From an uncultured Collinsella sp. (GTDB lineage Bacteria > Actinomycetota > Coriobacteriia > Coriobacteriales > Coriobacteriaceae), in assembly GCA_905198355.1 (NCBI GenBank), contig CAJKCG010000001.1:52347-116346 (forward strand): a DNA stretch of 64,000 nt, given 5' to 3'. Shown in pieces: positions 56,145 through 64,000 of the stretch. The notes under the pieces are model-generated. The model ran no database searches. It was not told the DNA's origin and saw only the letters and a program-made list of their open reading frames with translations. How positions within the stretch are numbered: position 1 is the stretch's first letter; each line of letters begins with the position of its first letter. The translations under genes were made by a program, and so were the position numbers.

Positions 56145-58661
56145 CTAAATTAAAGGATGACGCTTGAAATCCCAAGAAGTTTCAAACGAGTCATAGTCAG
56201 CCTTTGAAATTGAGCGAGAGTCTTCAACGAGTGAACAAACAGTCGGTTCGGCGGCCTTATCTTGGATGATCGGTAACTGACCGATTTGGCCTACCTCAAA
56301 GTTTAGAGTCGGCGACATAAACGCCAAATCAATTTCGGCAATGGAACAGTTGCAGAAAGCCTGGATGTATCGAAGCTCGTTCGGCTCCGCAAAAAGACAT
56401 GCTCCAGCTACCTCAAAAAGCATCCCTCGAGGTGCAAACCTAAAGGAGGCGAGGCTGGAAGAAATTTTAGACCAGGAAACTGCGGGCTTGAAATAGTCGT
56501 TCTGGTTCTTGATCACAAAATCAGGTGTAGAGAGATAGGCATACTTGGACAGAATTGCCTCCTTCATCTCCCGACCGTCATCAAACCAATTAACCACCTC
56601 ATCGTAGTCACCCCACCACTTTCGATAGGAGCCGCCCCGAATAATCGGAAACCAACGGGAACCACTTTGCTTTGCCTCGGGCCTGCCACTGCAATCTCGC
56701 GATGTGTTGGAAGGCACCACTTCCCACCATTTCCTCAAAAAGCGGCCATTATCGCTCGTCGCCAAGCCCTGTCGCGGAGTAGCAATGGCATCGAGCCTCT
56801 TTCCTTTTGTGAACGATTCAACAAGAGCATCGCTGGCCCAGTAGGCTATGGGGCTGCCGGGGATCTGCTTGAAGGTCTCGGCGTCGCGGCGATAGAACCA
56901 GCCGCAGTCGGGGTTTCGGATCGCCTCGAGGGCCTTGGGAGCCTGGACAGCGGCGCCAACGAAGTCAGAAAGGCGCACGTAGCCTCCCTTGTAGCCCTTG
57001 ATGAGTGAGTTGTGAAACGTGTAGGTGCAGATGGGCACAGTCGCGCCAGCGAAGCCCGAGTACTCAAGTTGAATGAGGGAGGTAAGCGTTCTGTTGTCGA
57101 TAATCTCGTTGCGGAGCTTCTCATAGCTTCCGATGAACATCCAGACGAAAGGCGACATGACTCCGCACTCGCCGTGGTCCTTGGCGAGACTGAACATGCG
57201 AACGACAAAGCTGGAGAAGAGGTCGCTCTTCACGTCGGGGTAGTTCTTCTTGACCCACTTGCTCATAAAGGGGTTAAAGCTGCTGCTGCCCATATACGGA
57301 GGATTCGCCACGACGCAGGTAAAACGACGGGACAGTTTCTCGCAGATGGCGGCAGCGCATTCGAGCTTAGTTTTAGTCGCAGAAGCAAAAAGATCGTCGG
57401 AACAGCTCACGGCGGCGGCCTTAAGCTCGTCAATCTCGTCCTCTGAAGGATTAAGAAGCGAGCCGATCTCGCCCAAATGACTCAGCTCCTCGGCGAGCTT
57501 CTTGTTACCCGGCAGCTCGTCCTCCCCAAGCGGGATGCTCGAGAGCACGGTAACGTCGGCGCGAACGCCACGCCTAAAGAAGCGACGGTCGTGCTCGCGG
57601 GCGCACATGGCAAGCGCCAGCTCCGCGATCTGTGCCGCGCGGGAATCGATTTCCATACCTGCAAGGTTTTTAGTAAGAATGAGCTCGGGAATCTCGCGCT
57701 CACGATAGCCGCGCTCCTCGTACATATGAAAGAGCAGCTCAAACGCATAGACCAAGATATGGCCCGAGCCGCATACGGGGTCGCAGAGGGTTATCTCCTC
57801 GGGGCTCGAGATGCGGATGAAGTCCTCGTGCTCAGCATCGGGCTCGATGTAGTATTTCATGCGCTCGCGTAGCGAACTCCCCGGATTGTTGAGCATCCAC
57901 AGACGGCCGAGCGAGTTCTCGACCATATAGCGCACGATCCACTCGGGGGTGAAGAGCTGAGTGGCGGGAGCGATGTCCGCCGCTGCGGCCTTGCGCTTGG
58001 ACTTGAAGAACTCGTCTTTAACGTCAGCGTTGTAGTACTGATACATCCAGCCCAGAACGGTCACGCCCTCGCGCCAGTCCTCGTCAGTGAGGACAACATT
58101 GAGTTTGCCCACCACGCCGTCGGCCATCATGAGGCCCTGGGGCAACAGCAACTCCATGGCTCCGCCTACGCGATCAAAGACGCCTGGCAGGCAATCGGCA
58201 AGCTCCTCGCACTGAGCAACAAACAGGTAGCGCCACAACGGTTCATCCAAGCCCGCCATTTTGAGCTCGGCTATGCGATCGGTATCGGCCGTCGTTATCT
58301 CCACATCCAGTGCGTTCTCCACGGCCTCGCTGCCATGGCTGCCGTCCGCACGACTTAGCATGCGCATACGGCTGGGAAGCCATCCGCGTGCATCCATGAA
58401 GCGAATGGCCACGATGCGGTTGAACCAGGTGTAGGCCGCACGGTCGCGCAGCGCCTCGTGACCCACCTCTGCCTGCATGCGCAGTAGTTCGTCGCGTTGC
58501 TCAATCTCAGCCGGACTTAGGGGCAGGCCGTTGACGGTCTCGGAGCCAACGGGCGCGGGTGCAGGTTCGGTGATGCCGTAGCGCACCATCTGCGCCTCCA
58601 CGCCTTTGATGAGCTCCGTACGGGCCCAGGTGCAGAAACTCTTAAGAGCAGAATCGTTCAT
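56145..58661 (-). CDS. pglX: PglX N-terminal fragment (N6-adenine methyltransferase domain)
   Basis: 838 aa; VVANPPY catalytic motif and DPVCGSGH SAM-binding motif; ends ...ETSWDFKRHPLI followed by a stop. Confidence 0.8.
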   Translation of the reverse strand: MNDSALKSFCTWARTELIKGVEAQMVRYGITEPAPAPVGSETVNGLPLSPAEIEQRDELLRMQAEVGHEALRDRAAYTWFNRIVAIRFMDARGWLPSRMRMLSRADGSHGSEAVENALDVEITTADTDRIAELKMAGLDEPLWRYLFVAQCEELADCLPGVFDRVGGAMELLLPQGLMMADGVVGKLNVVLTDEDWREGVTVLGWMYQYYNADVKDEFFKSKRKAAAADIAPATQLFTPEWIVRYMVENSLGRLWMLNNPGSSLRERMKYYIEPDAEHEDFIRISSPEEITLCDPVCGSGHILVYAFELLFHMYEERGYREREIPELILTKNLAGMEIDSRAAQIAELALAMCAREHDRRFFRRGVRADVTVLSSIPLGEDELPGNKKLAEELSHLGEIGSLLNPSEDEIDELKAAAVSCSDDLFASATKTKLECAAAICEKLSRRFTCVVANPPYMGSSSFNPFMSKWVKKNYPDVKSDLFSSFVVRMFSLAKDHGECGVMSPFVWMFIGSYEKLRNEIIDNRTLTSLIQLEYSGFAGATVPICTYTFHNSLIKGYKGGYVRLSDFVGAAVQAPKALEAIRNPDCGWFYRRDAETFKQIPGSPIAYWASDALVESFTKGKRLDAIATPRQGLATSDNGRFLRKWWEVVPSNTSRDCSGRPEAKQSGSRWFPIIRGGSYRKWWGDYDEVVNWFDDGREMKEAILSKYAYLSTPDFVIKNQNDYFKPAVSWSKISSSLASFRFAPRGMLFEVAGACLFAEPNELRYIQAFCNCSIAEIDLAFMSPTLNFEVGQIGQLPIIQDKAAEPTVCSLVEDSRSISKADYDSFETSWDFKRHPLI

Positions 58662-58727
58662 GGTTGATGAGCCTTTCTAAACGCCATAAACCACCGGTGC
58701 GCGCTTTGGCACCGATGGCTCCGCGGG

Positions 58728-61700
58728 TTAGTTGATACGGATCTCGTCGTTTGCAGCGAGCGCCTGCATAAGGCGAGAGCGCAGGTCGTCCACGTAGTGC
58801 TCCACGTCCTCTGCGGACAAGAGACGACTCGGCTTGGCCAGATCGGCGCGGCGCACGGTCTTAATCTTGCGCTGGGGCACGGGTGTAGGCGTGGGCGCGG
58901 ACGCAGACAACGCGGCTCCCTTGCTGGAGACCTTCTTGACCACCTCACCCGTACTCGTGACCTCGGTGGTGCGGTGCTCGTTGTCCATACGCGCGCGAGC
59001 CTCATCCACAGCGTCGTACATCTCATTGGCTGCCACACTGAGCCAGTCGCCCCAGTTAGTTGCAACAACGCTCAGTTCGTTGAGACTTTGAGCGCTGTGG
59101 GCACGGTTTTTGAACGACTCGTATTTGGTGCCGGCGCCTGCTATGGCATCCTTGGCCTGATTGACAAAGCCCTTTTGGCTCTCGGCCTGCGCCCGCAGGT
59201 CTTGCAGATCGCTCTCGATGCGACACAAAAACTCATTGCGGCGGATGCCCAACAGCTTTTTCATGTCGTCCTCGACGGGATCCATAAGCGGCTGCAGGTC
59301 TTTAATATGGCCGTAGGGCTTGGGATCTTTGAGGATCTCGCGCACCTTTGCCACGTTCTTCACCGCGTCGGGAATGTCATCGGAGGCATACTCGATACCC
59401 TCGGTGCGGCTCAAGAAATCCTTGGCGTGGTCAAACGCTGTTCGTTGGTTGGACCCGAAGAACTCAACCACCCTGTCAAAGTCTTCCTTGGCATCGAGCA
59501 GGCGGTCCTCATGCTTGGTAAACGTAGTCAAGAACGCCTCGGCCTCGTTCTGGTCCTTAAGGACGTCGGCCACCTCCGAGCGCATCTTCTCGCACTCGCC
59601 CTCACCGGGATACGGGTAGGCCGGCTTGATGCCCGTGTAGTAGTCGCGTGCCATGGCGACGCACACCTCACGCAAGTCCTCAAGGCGCTCCTTGAGCTCG
59701 GCCACGAGCTTATCCTCGTTGGAGGGCACGGTCTTGAGATCAAACAGGTCGCGCATGAGCTCACCCGCACCGCTCAGCAAACGGTCGTTCATGCGCACGC
59801 GCAAGCGCACCTGGGCCTTATCGGCATCCTTGCGCAGGAGTGCTACCATGCGGCTGTCGTTAGCTTGAACCGTCTGACCGCCAAACAGCACCTGCGCGCG
59901 CTGCTCCACCACAAGCTGCGCCACCACATTTGCGATATCGACCTCGCGCCAGCCAAAGGGCCTTTGCTGGTACTGGCGCTGGATATCGCCCATAGCGGTA
60001 TCCAGGTGGCGCTGGTGCTGAACTTTGAGGTAGTCCTCGACCTCCTTGAGCGCACGCGTGTTGCCCGCGTCCATGCCAGCGAGCCCCGCCTGGACGTTGC
60101 CCGCCAGAGTGGAGCGGATATCGGAATCGCTCGTGACCGGCGCGCCGATATAGTCGGCCTTTTCAAAGACTACATCGCACAGCTGCGCCAGCACCTGCTC
60201 AAAGACCTGGGCGGGCTTGGTCGCGCGGACCTCAACCATGCGGCCGTTGACTGCACAACGTGCATGGAGCACGGCCTCGCTCAAAAGGGTATCGGCCTCC
60301 TTCTCGTTATAGGCCGCCTCGCGCATCTTGGACTCGACGATCTGGCGCGTACTCAGCTGAAGCTCCTGGAGATTTCGCGTCTTGGCGTACTTGCGGATCT
60401 TGGCGGCCCTGACGAGCGTCTCCCAATAATCCGCCTCGTCACTCAAGGCCACGATGGCTTTGCCCGAAGAAGCCAAAGCCAGCTCGGTATCGTCCGCACG
60501 GCCCAGGTCGCTCGCCATAGTCGCCACGTAAAGCTCCATGCCGCCCATGCTGGTACCGTGGATTGAGCCGTCCACATAGCGGTCAAACGGGAAGTCGTTG
60601 GCCCCGCGATTGAGCTTGCGCGCGGTGTAGATGCTGTCGAACAGGCGCTTTTTGATAGACTCGATCACCTGCGCGTTGTCGATCGGGGTGCGTGCGATCT
60701 CCTGCGCTATCTCCTGCTCCTCGTCGGTGAGGAAGCTATAGGTATCGCCCTGGCGTGCCACGTAGTTCTCGCGCTCCAAACGGGCGAGGGATTCCTTGAC
60801 GCGGTCCTTGAGGGCGCGCTTGTCCACGTCGAGGCTATCGATCATGAGGATGGAGATGTTCTCGACCGTGGCCTTGACGTAGCCGATGTAGCGGATCAAG
60901 TACAGGAGCTTAAGCACCCGGACATCGTAGCTCTCAAGACCCTCTGCGTTTTCAGCCGCGCGCTCCGCACAGACGACGACTTGAATGATGCCGTGCTCCA
61001 AATCCTTGGAGATTGTGTCGAAGAAGCGCCAGAACGGCACGAGTGCACCAGTCTGGTCATGCTGGATGGCCTGAGCGCTCTCCTGAAACGCGCTCAGCAT
61101 GGAGCGCTCGCCCGTGGACATGTGCTTGGCCTTAACACCATGCTTGCGTACCTCGGTCATCACGTCGGGCAGAAGCTTAAACTGGTAGCCCACAAACGGG
61201 TAGCTGGCCACAAAATCCTTGGAGTTGGCGAAGCCGGCAAGGTCGGAGCGCGAGCCCCCCTCAAAGGTAAAGTTGTTTTTGAGGACGGCGGCGTCTTGCT
61301 CGTAGACCTGTGCAAGCGTATCGGCCGCCGGCGCGGTCTTCTCGAGCACACGGCGTTGGATGACCTCGTCCACGCTGGAGCTGGAGAGCGAAAGGCGGGT
61401 ATTGAAACGGCCCTGGATCTTTGAAAAGTCGTTGCCCACGGGCAGGCTCAGGTTGTCGATGGCCTCCTGGCTCGTGACCATCACCCACACGCGGCCACCG
61501 CAGGCGGCACCCAGCTCCTCGACGATGGTCTGAAGGCTCAGCATAAGGCTTGGGTCCTGGTCGTTTGTAATAAACTGACCCACCTCGTCGACCATAAAGA
61601 GCAAACGGAAGTTGCCACCGTGGGCCGCTGCCTGAGCGTCCACGTAATCCTTGACCTTTTTGGCAAAGACATCGGGGGCCAAAACCTCGTCCTCAGAACC

Positions 61701-62396
61701 CTCGAGCCAGTTCCATGCGGCCTTTTCGCTCATGCCGAGCACGCTCTGCAGCACCTCGACGACGTCGTCCTCAAAGTAGCTGTAGGTGTCGCGGGCCTGG
61801 AGCCAGGACTCGCCGTTGACGCGCTCAAAGGCCTCGCGGAACTCCTGGGTCTTGCCCAGGGAATCGATGTAGTCCTCGAGCTTTGCAAGCTTGAGGTCCT
61901 CGCCGTAGAAGCCGCGCGCCTCGTAGAACATGCGCTCAAAGCCGCGAAGCAGCGCCGTGGGAGCCGTATCGCCCTGCTTCCACTGGCCCGCCTTGCTATC
62001 GATGTTAAAGAGGATGGCCTGCGTGGGCACCGAGCAGGCGCGCTCCATGGCAGCCGCGACCATGGGGTCGACGATTTTGCCGTCAAAGTAGCGGATGGCG
62101 CTCTTGCCGCCGATCTGGCGATTCTCGAGCAGGTAGCTCAGCATCTTGAGGAAGTGCGATTTACCGGAACCGAAGAAACCACTGATCCACACGCCGATCT
62201 TGTCGGTGCGTGCATCGATGGCATCGCCGTAGGCCTTGAAGAACGTGGCAAAGTGCCTCTGCAACTCGCGCGTCACCACGTACTCGTCAAGCTCCTGGCG
62301 GATGGACCCATCTTTTGAATCCTGGACCTTGACCACGCCGTTGATGGAGCGGTTGATGTCTTTTGCAAAGAGGTCGCGAATGATCGTGTTGTCCAT
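58728..62396 (-). CDS. brxC: BREX P-loop ATPase BrxC
   Basis: 1222 aa; GFFGSGKSHFLKML Walker A near the N-terminus. Confidence 0.8.
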   Translation of the reverse strand: MDNTIIRDLFAKDINRSINGVVKVQDSKDGSIRQELDEYVVTRELQRHFATFFKAYGDAIDARTDKIGVWISGFFGSGKSHFLKMLSYLLENRQIGGKSAIRYFDGKIVDPMVAAAMERACSVPTQAILFNIDSKAGQWKQGDTAPTALLRGFERMFYEARGFYGEDLKLAKLEDYIDSLGKTQEFREAFERVNGESWLQARDTYSYFEDDVVEVLQSVLGMSEKAAWNWLEGSEDEVLAPDVFAKKVKDYVDAQAAAHGGNFRLLFMVDEVGQFITNDQDPSLMLSLQTIVEELGAACGGRVWVMVTSQEAIDNLSLPVGNDFSKIQGRFNTRLSLSSSSVDEVIQRRVLEKTAPAADTLAQVYEQDAAVLKNNFTFEGGSRSDLAGFANSKDFVASYPFVGYQFKLLPDVMTEVRKHGVKAKHMSTGERSMLSAFQESAQAIQHDQTGALVPFWRFFDTISKDLEHGIIQVVVCAERAAENAEGLESYDVRVLKLLYLIRYIGYVKATVENISILMIDSLDVDKRALKDRVKESLARLERENYVARQGDTYSFLTDEEQEIAQEIARTPIDNAQVIESIKKRLFDSIYTARKLNRGANDFPFDRYVDGSIHGTSMGGMELYVATMASDLGRADDTELALASSGKAIVALSDEADYWETLVRAAKIRKYAKTRNLQELQLSTRQIVESKMREAAYNEKEADTLLSEAVLHARCAVNGRMVEVRATKPAQVFEQVLAQLCDVVFEKADYIGAPVTSDSDIRSTLAGNVQAGLAGMDAGNTRALKEVEDYLKVQHQRHLDTAMGDIQRQYQQRPFGWREVDIANVVAQLVVEQRAQVLFGGQTVQANDSRMVALLRKDADKAQVRLRVRMNDRLLSGAGELMRDLFDLKTVPSNEDKLVAELKERLEDLREVCVAMARDYYTGIKPAYPYPGEGECEKMRSEVADVLKDQNEAEAFLTTFTKHEDRLLDAKEDFDRVVEFFGSNQRTAFDHAKDFLSRTEGIEYASDDIPDAVKNVAKVREILKDPKPYGHIKDLQPLMDPVEDDMKKLLGIRRNEFLCRIESDLQDLRAQAESQKGFVNQAKDAIAGAGTKYESFKNRAHSAQSLNELSVVATNWGDWLSVAANEMYDAVDEARARMDNEHRTTEVTSTGEVVKKVSSKGAALSASAPTPTPVPQRKIKTVRRADLAKPSRLLSAEDVEHYVDDLRSRLMQALAANDEIRIN

Positions 62397-62474
62397 GGGT
62401 GCTCCTTTGGGTTTGGGAACGTTATGGCAAAGGGTTGTTACCGGCGGCAGGGACTTGCCTGCGGGGAGCCGTGC

Positions 62475-63167
62475 TTACGAGATATCGATGGCGCGGTAGT
62501 AGTTGTCGGCCGGCAGACGGTTAAAGAGCTGGAAAGAAGAGCCGTTGAAACTGCCCGGATAGGCGGCGACCACAGGCACCTCATCAAAATCCGCAAGCAT
62601 GCAATGGAGAAGCGTGTGCATGCGAAAGAATGGGAAGACCTCGCCCGCGCCGGTGAGGAGAACGACGTCTCCAGGCGCGTACGGCTTGGTCTGCTCAAGG
62701 ATGTACGCGGCGACTTTCTCGGGCGAGGCGAACTTGGCCACGTCCTCGAGCACGCGCTGGGTACCGCGGCGCTCCTCTTGGTGCGGGATAGCCTTGAGGA
62801 CACGGCGCTTTTCGAGAATTGCCAGCACGGCGTCGTAGAGGTTCACGACCTTGAGCGTGCACGGAAGCTTGTCGGCCTCGGCATCGCGTGAAAGGGTGTC
62901 AAATAATGCACGCGCCTCAAACTCCAGCGCGGGGTCATAGCAAAAGGTGTGGAAGCCGATCTCATTGCCTATGCCCTTGTTAGCCAAAAAGTCCTCGCTG
63001 CACAGGCATTCGCGCAGAAGCTGCGCGCGGCGCTCAAATTCCTGACAGGCGTGCTGAGAGCGGACATGCGCCGCCACGACGCTCTTACGGGAATGGATGC
63101 CGATATTGGTGGTGAAATCGGTCGCCGGGGTGATAGCAGGTTCGGCGGCGCTGTTGACGGGAGCCAC
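62475..63167 (-). CDS. brxB: BrxB (DUF1788-like)
   Basis: 230 aa; position and size in the operon; stop/start coupling with brxA. Confidence 0.55.
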   Translation of the reverse strand: MAPVNSAAEPAITPATDFTTNIGIHSRKSVVAAHVRSQHACQEFERRAQLLRECLCSEDFLANKGIGNEIGFHTFCYDPALEFEARALFDTLSRDAEADKLPCTLKVVNLYDAVLAILEKRRVLKAIPHQEERRGTQRVLEDVAKFASPEKVAAYILEQTKPYAPGDVVLLTGAGEVFPFFRMHTLLHCMLADFDEVPVVAAYPGSFNGSSFQLFNRLPADNYYRAIDIS

Positions 63168-63168
63168 G

Positions 63169-63786
63169 CTACATCACCACCCTGCCGGTAAGGGCCGCGA
63201 TAAGCGACTGCTCGCCCAGCAGAACCAAGGCTCGCTCGAAATCGGAATCGAGGAAGAGTGGTGACAGACGCTCGGACTCCGGGCCCTGGCCCTCGCCGAT
63301 AAGGCCGGCATGGCGGAGCGTCTGGCGGAGCGAGCCCTTAATGCGCTTGACCGTGGCCTCAGTCCAGCGGGCCGCGTCCGGATACTCCGTGGTAAAGCGT
63401 GTCATAAAGGCATTGAGGTCAACCGCCGTAAAGGCATAATCGAAGTTTTGTAGGCGCTCCCCTACCTCGACGAGCACGAGCTCGCGCACGATATCGTAGC
63501 GGCAGATCATGCTGTAGAAGATGGCCTGGTCCGCCTGCGTGGGAGTGCCGGATGCCATGAGCCTGGTTAGGGATGACACAGCCTCGACGGCGATATTGGA
63601 GTCGATGCCACGCACGGCGCATGCGGCGTCCGTGGGCACCATGGCGTCGAGGCGTCGAAGGCACACGGTTGCGCGGTTGGCGACCATGCGCTCCGTGGGA
63701 TATTGAAAGAGGTTCTCGCTCTTTACGCGTACAATGACCTGCTCGTCGCTTGCGCCCTGCATACGAAGGGCAGCGACGATGCGCAT
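63169..63786 (-). CDS. brxA: BrxA (DUF1819-like)
   Basis: ~205 aa from ATG at 63786. The ORF-track start (GTG at 63819) abuts the G10 tract. First gene of the operon. Confidence 0.55.
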   Translation of the reverse strand: MRIVAALRMQGASDEQVIVRVKSENLFQYPTERMVANRATVCLRRLDAMVPTDAACAVRGIDSNIAVEAVSSLTRLMASGTPTQADQAIFYSMICRYDIVRELVLVEVGERLQNFDYAFTAVDLNAFMTRFTTEYPDAARWTEATVKRIKGSLRQTLRHAGLIGEGQGPESERLSPLFLDSDFERALVLLGEQSLIAALTGRVVM

Positions 63787-63818
63787 CTCATGCGGGAGGA
63801 ATTGCTCGCGGGTGAGCA

Positions 63819-63828
63819 CCCCCCCCCC
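63819..63828. repeat. homopolymeric C10 (G10 on the brxA coding strand)
   Basis: Seen directly, at the 5' boundary of the brxA ORF. Confidence 0.9.
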
Positions 63829-64000
63829 GAACGCTTTTTGTGGTTATATCCACAGTACACGCTCCAAGGGTGTCAAAGGCTGTCACAAGTGCGCCGCAAC
63901 CCGGCAGGCAGGTGCGGCGCACATGACAATAATCATACCTGTTGGTAAAAAAGTTACCACGCCCAGAGTGTCAAATGTTGAGCAACAAAATTAAATCCGG

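Larger units (their letters stand above)
47627..63828 (-). other. type 1 BREX defence locus (brxA-brxB-brxC-pglX(split)-pglZ-brxL plus two extra genes)
   Basis: Canonical gene order and sizes, all on the minus strand. Confidence 0.8.

Noticed and set aside
58797-60566. 589-aa plus-strand ORF
   Set aside because: It is antisense to brxC.

Overview
High-GC (roughly two-thirds G+C) chromosome segment from a Gram-positive, actinobacterial-type organism; Rho here carries a long disordered N-terminal extension. It has three blocks. (1) Positions 1-14.6 kb are the right arm of a prophage that runs past the window start. It contains an HNH endonuclease, an ArpU/RinA-like late activator followed by a 10-bp periodic binding array, many small zinc-ribbon proteins, a ParB-like protein, a CI/Cro-type switch, a HicAB module and two tyrosine recombinases. 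It ends at tRNA-Lys/tRNA-His. (2) Positions 14.8-46.2 kb are housekeeping genes: aminotransferase, rho, argS, proA/proB, pncB, tRNA-Ala, a radical SAM protein, a wecA-like gene, trpS, an MGMT-family protein, DegV, MarR, pckA, a flippase, a phosphatase and an NhaP2 antiporter. This block is peppered with two intergenic repeat families: a 40-bp perfect hairpin element in 6 copies and a 175-bp MITE-like element in 2 direct copies. (3) Positions 46.5-64 kb are a defence island. It begins with an AT-rich DUF3800 gene and continues as a complete type 1 BREX operon (brxA-brxB-brxC-pglX-pglZ-brxL) on the minus strand. pglX is split by an AT-rich ~1 kb cassette encoding a 3-TM membrane protein and a Lys-rich peptide. 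Downstream of brxL are two co-transcribed genes of unknown function (450 aa and 65 aa). A G10 homopolymer sits at the 5' edge of brxA. The supplied ORF track treats GTG/TTG as starts. Many long ORFs antisense to real genes are high-GC artefacts and were rejected.
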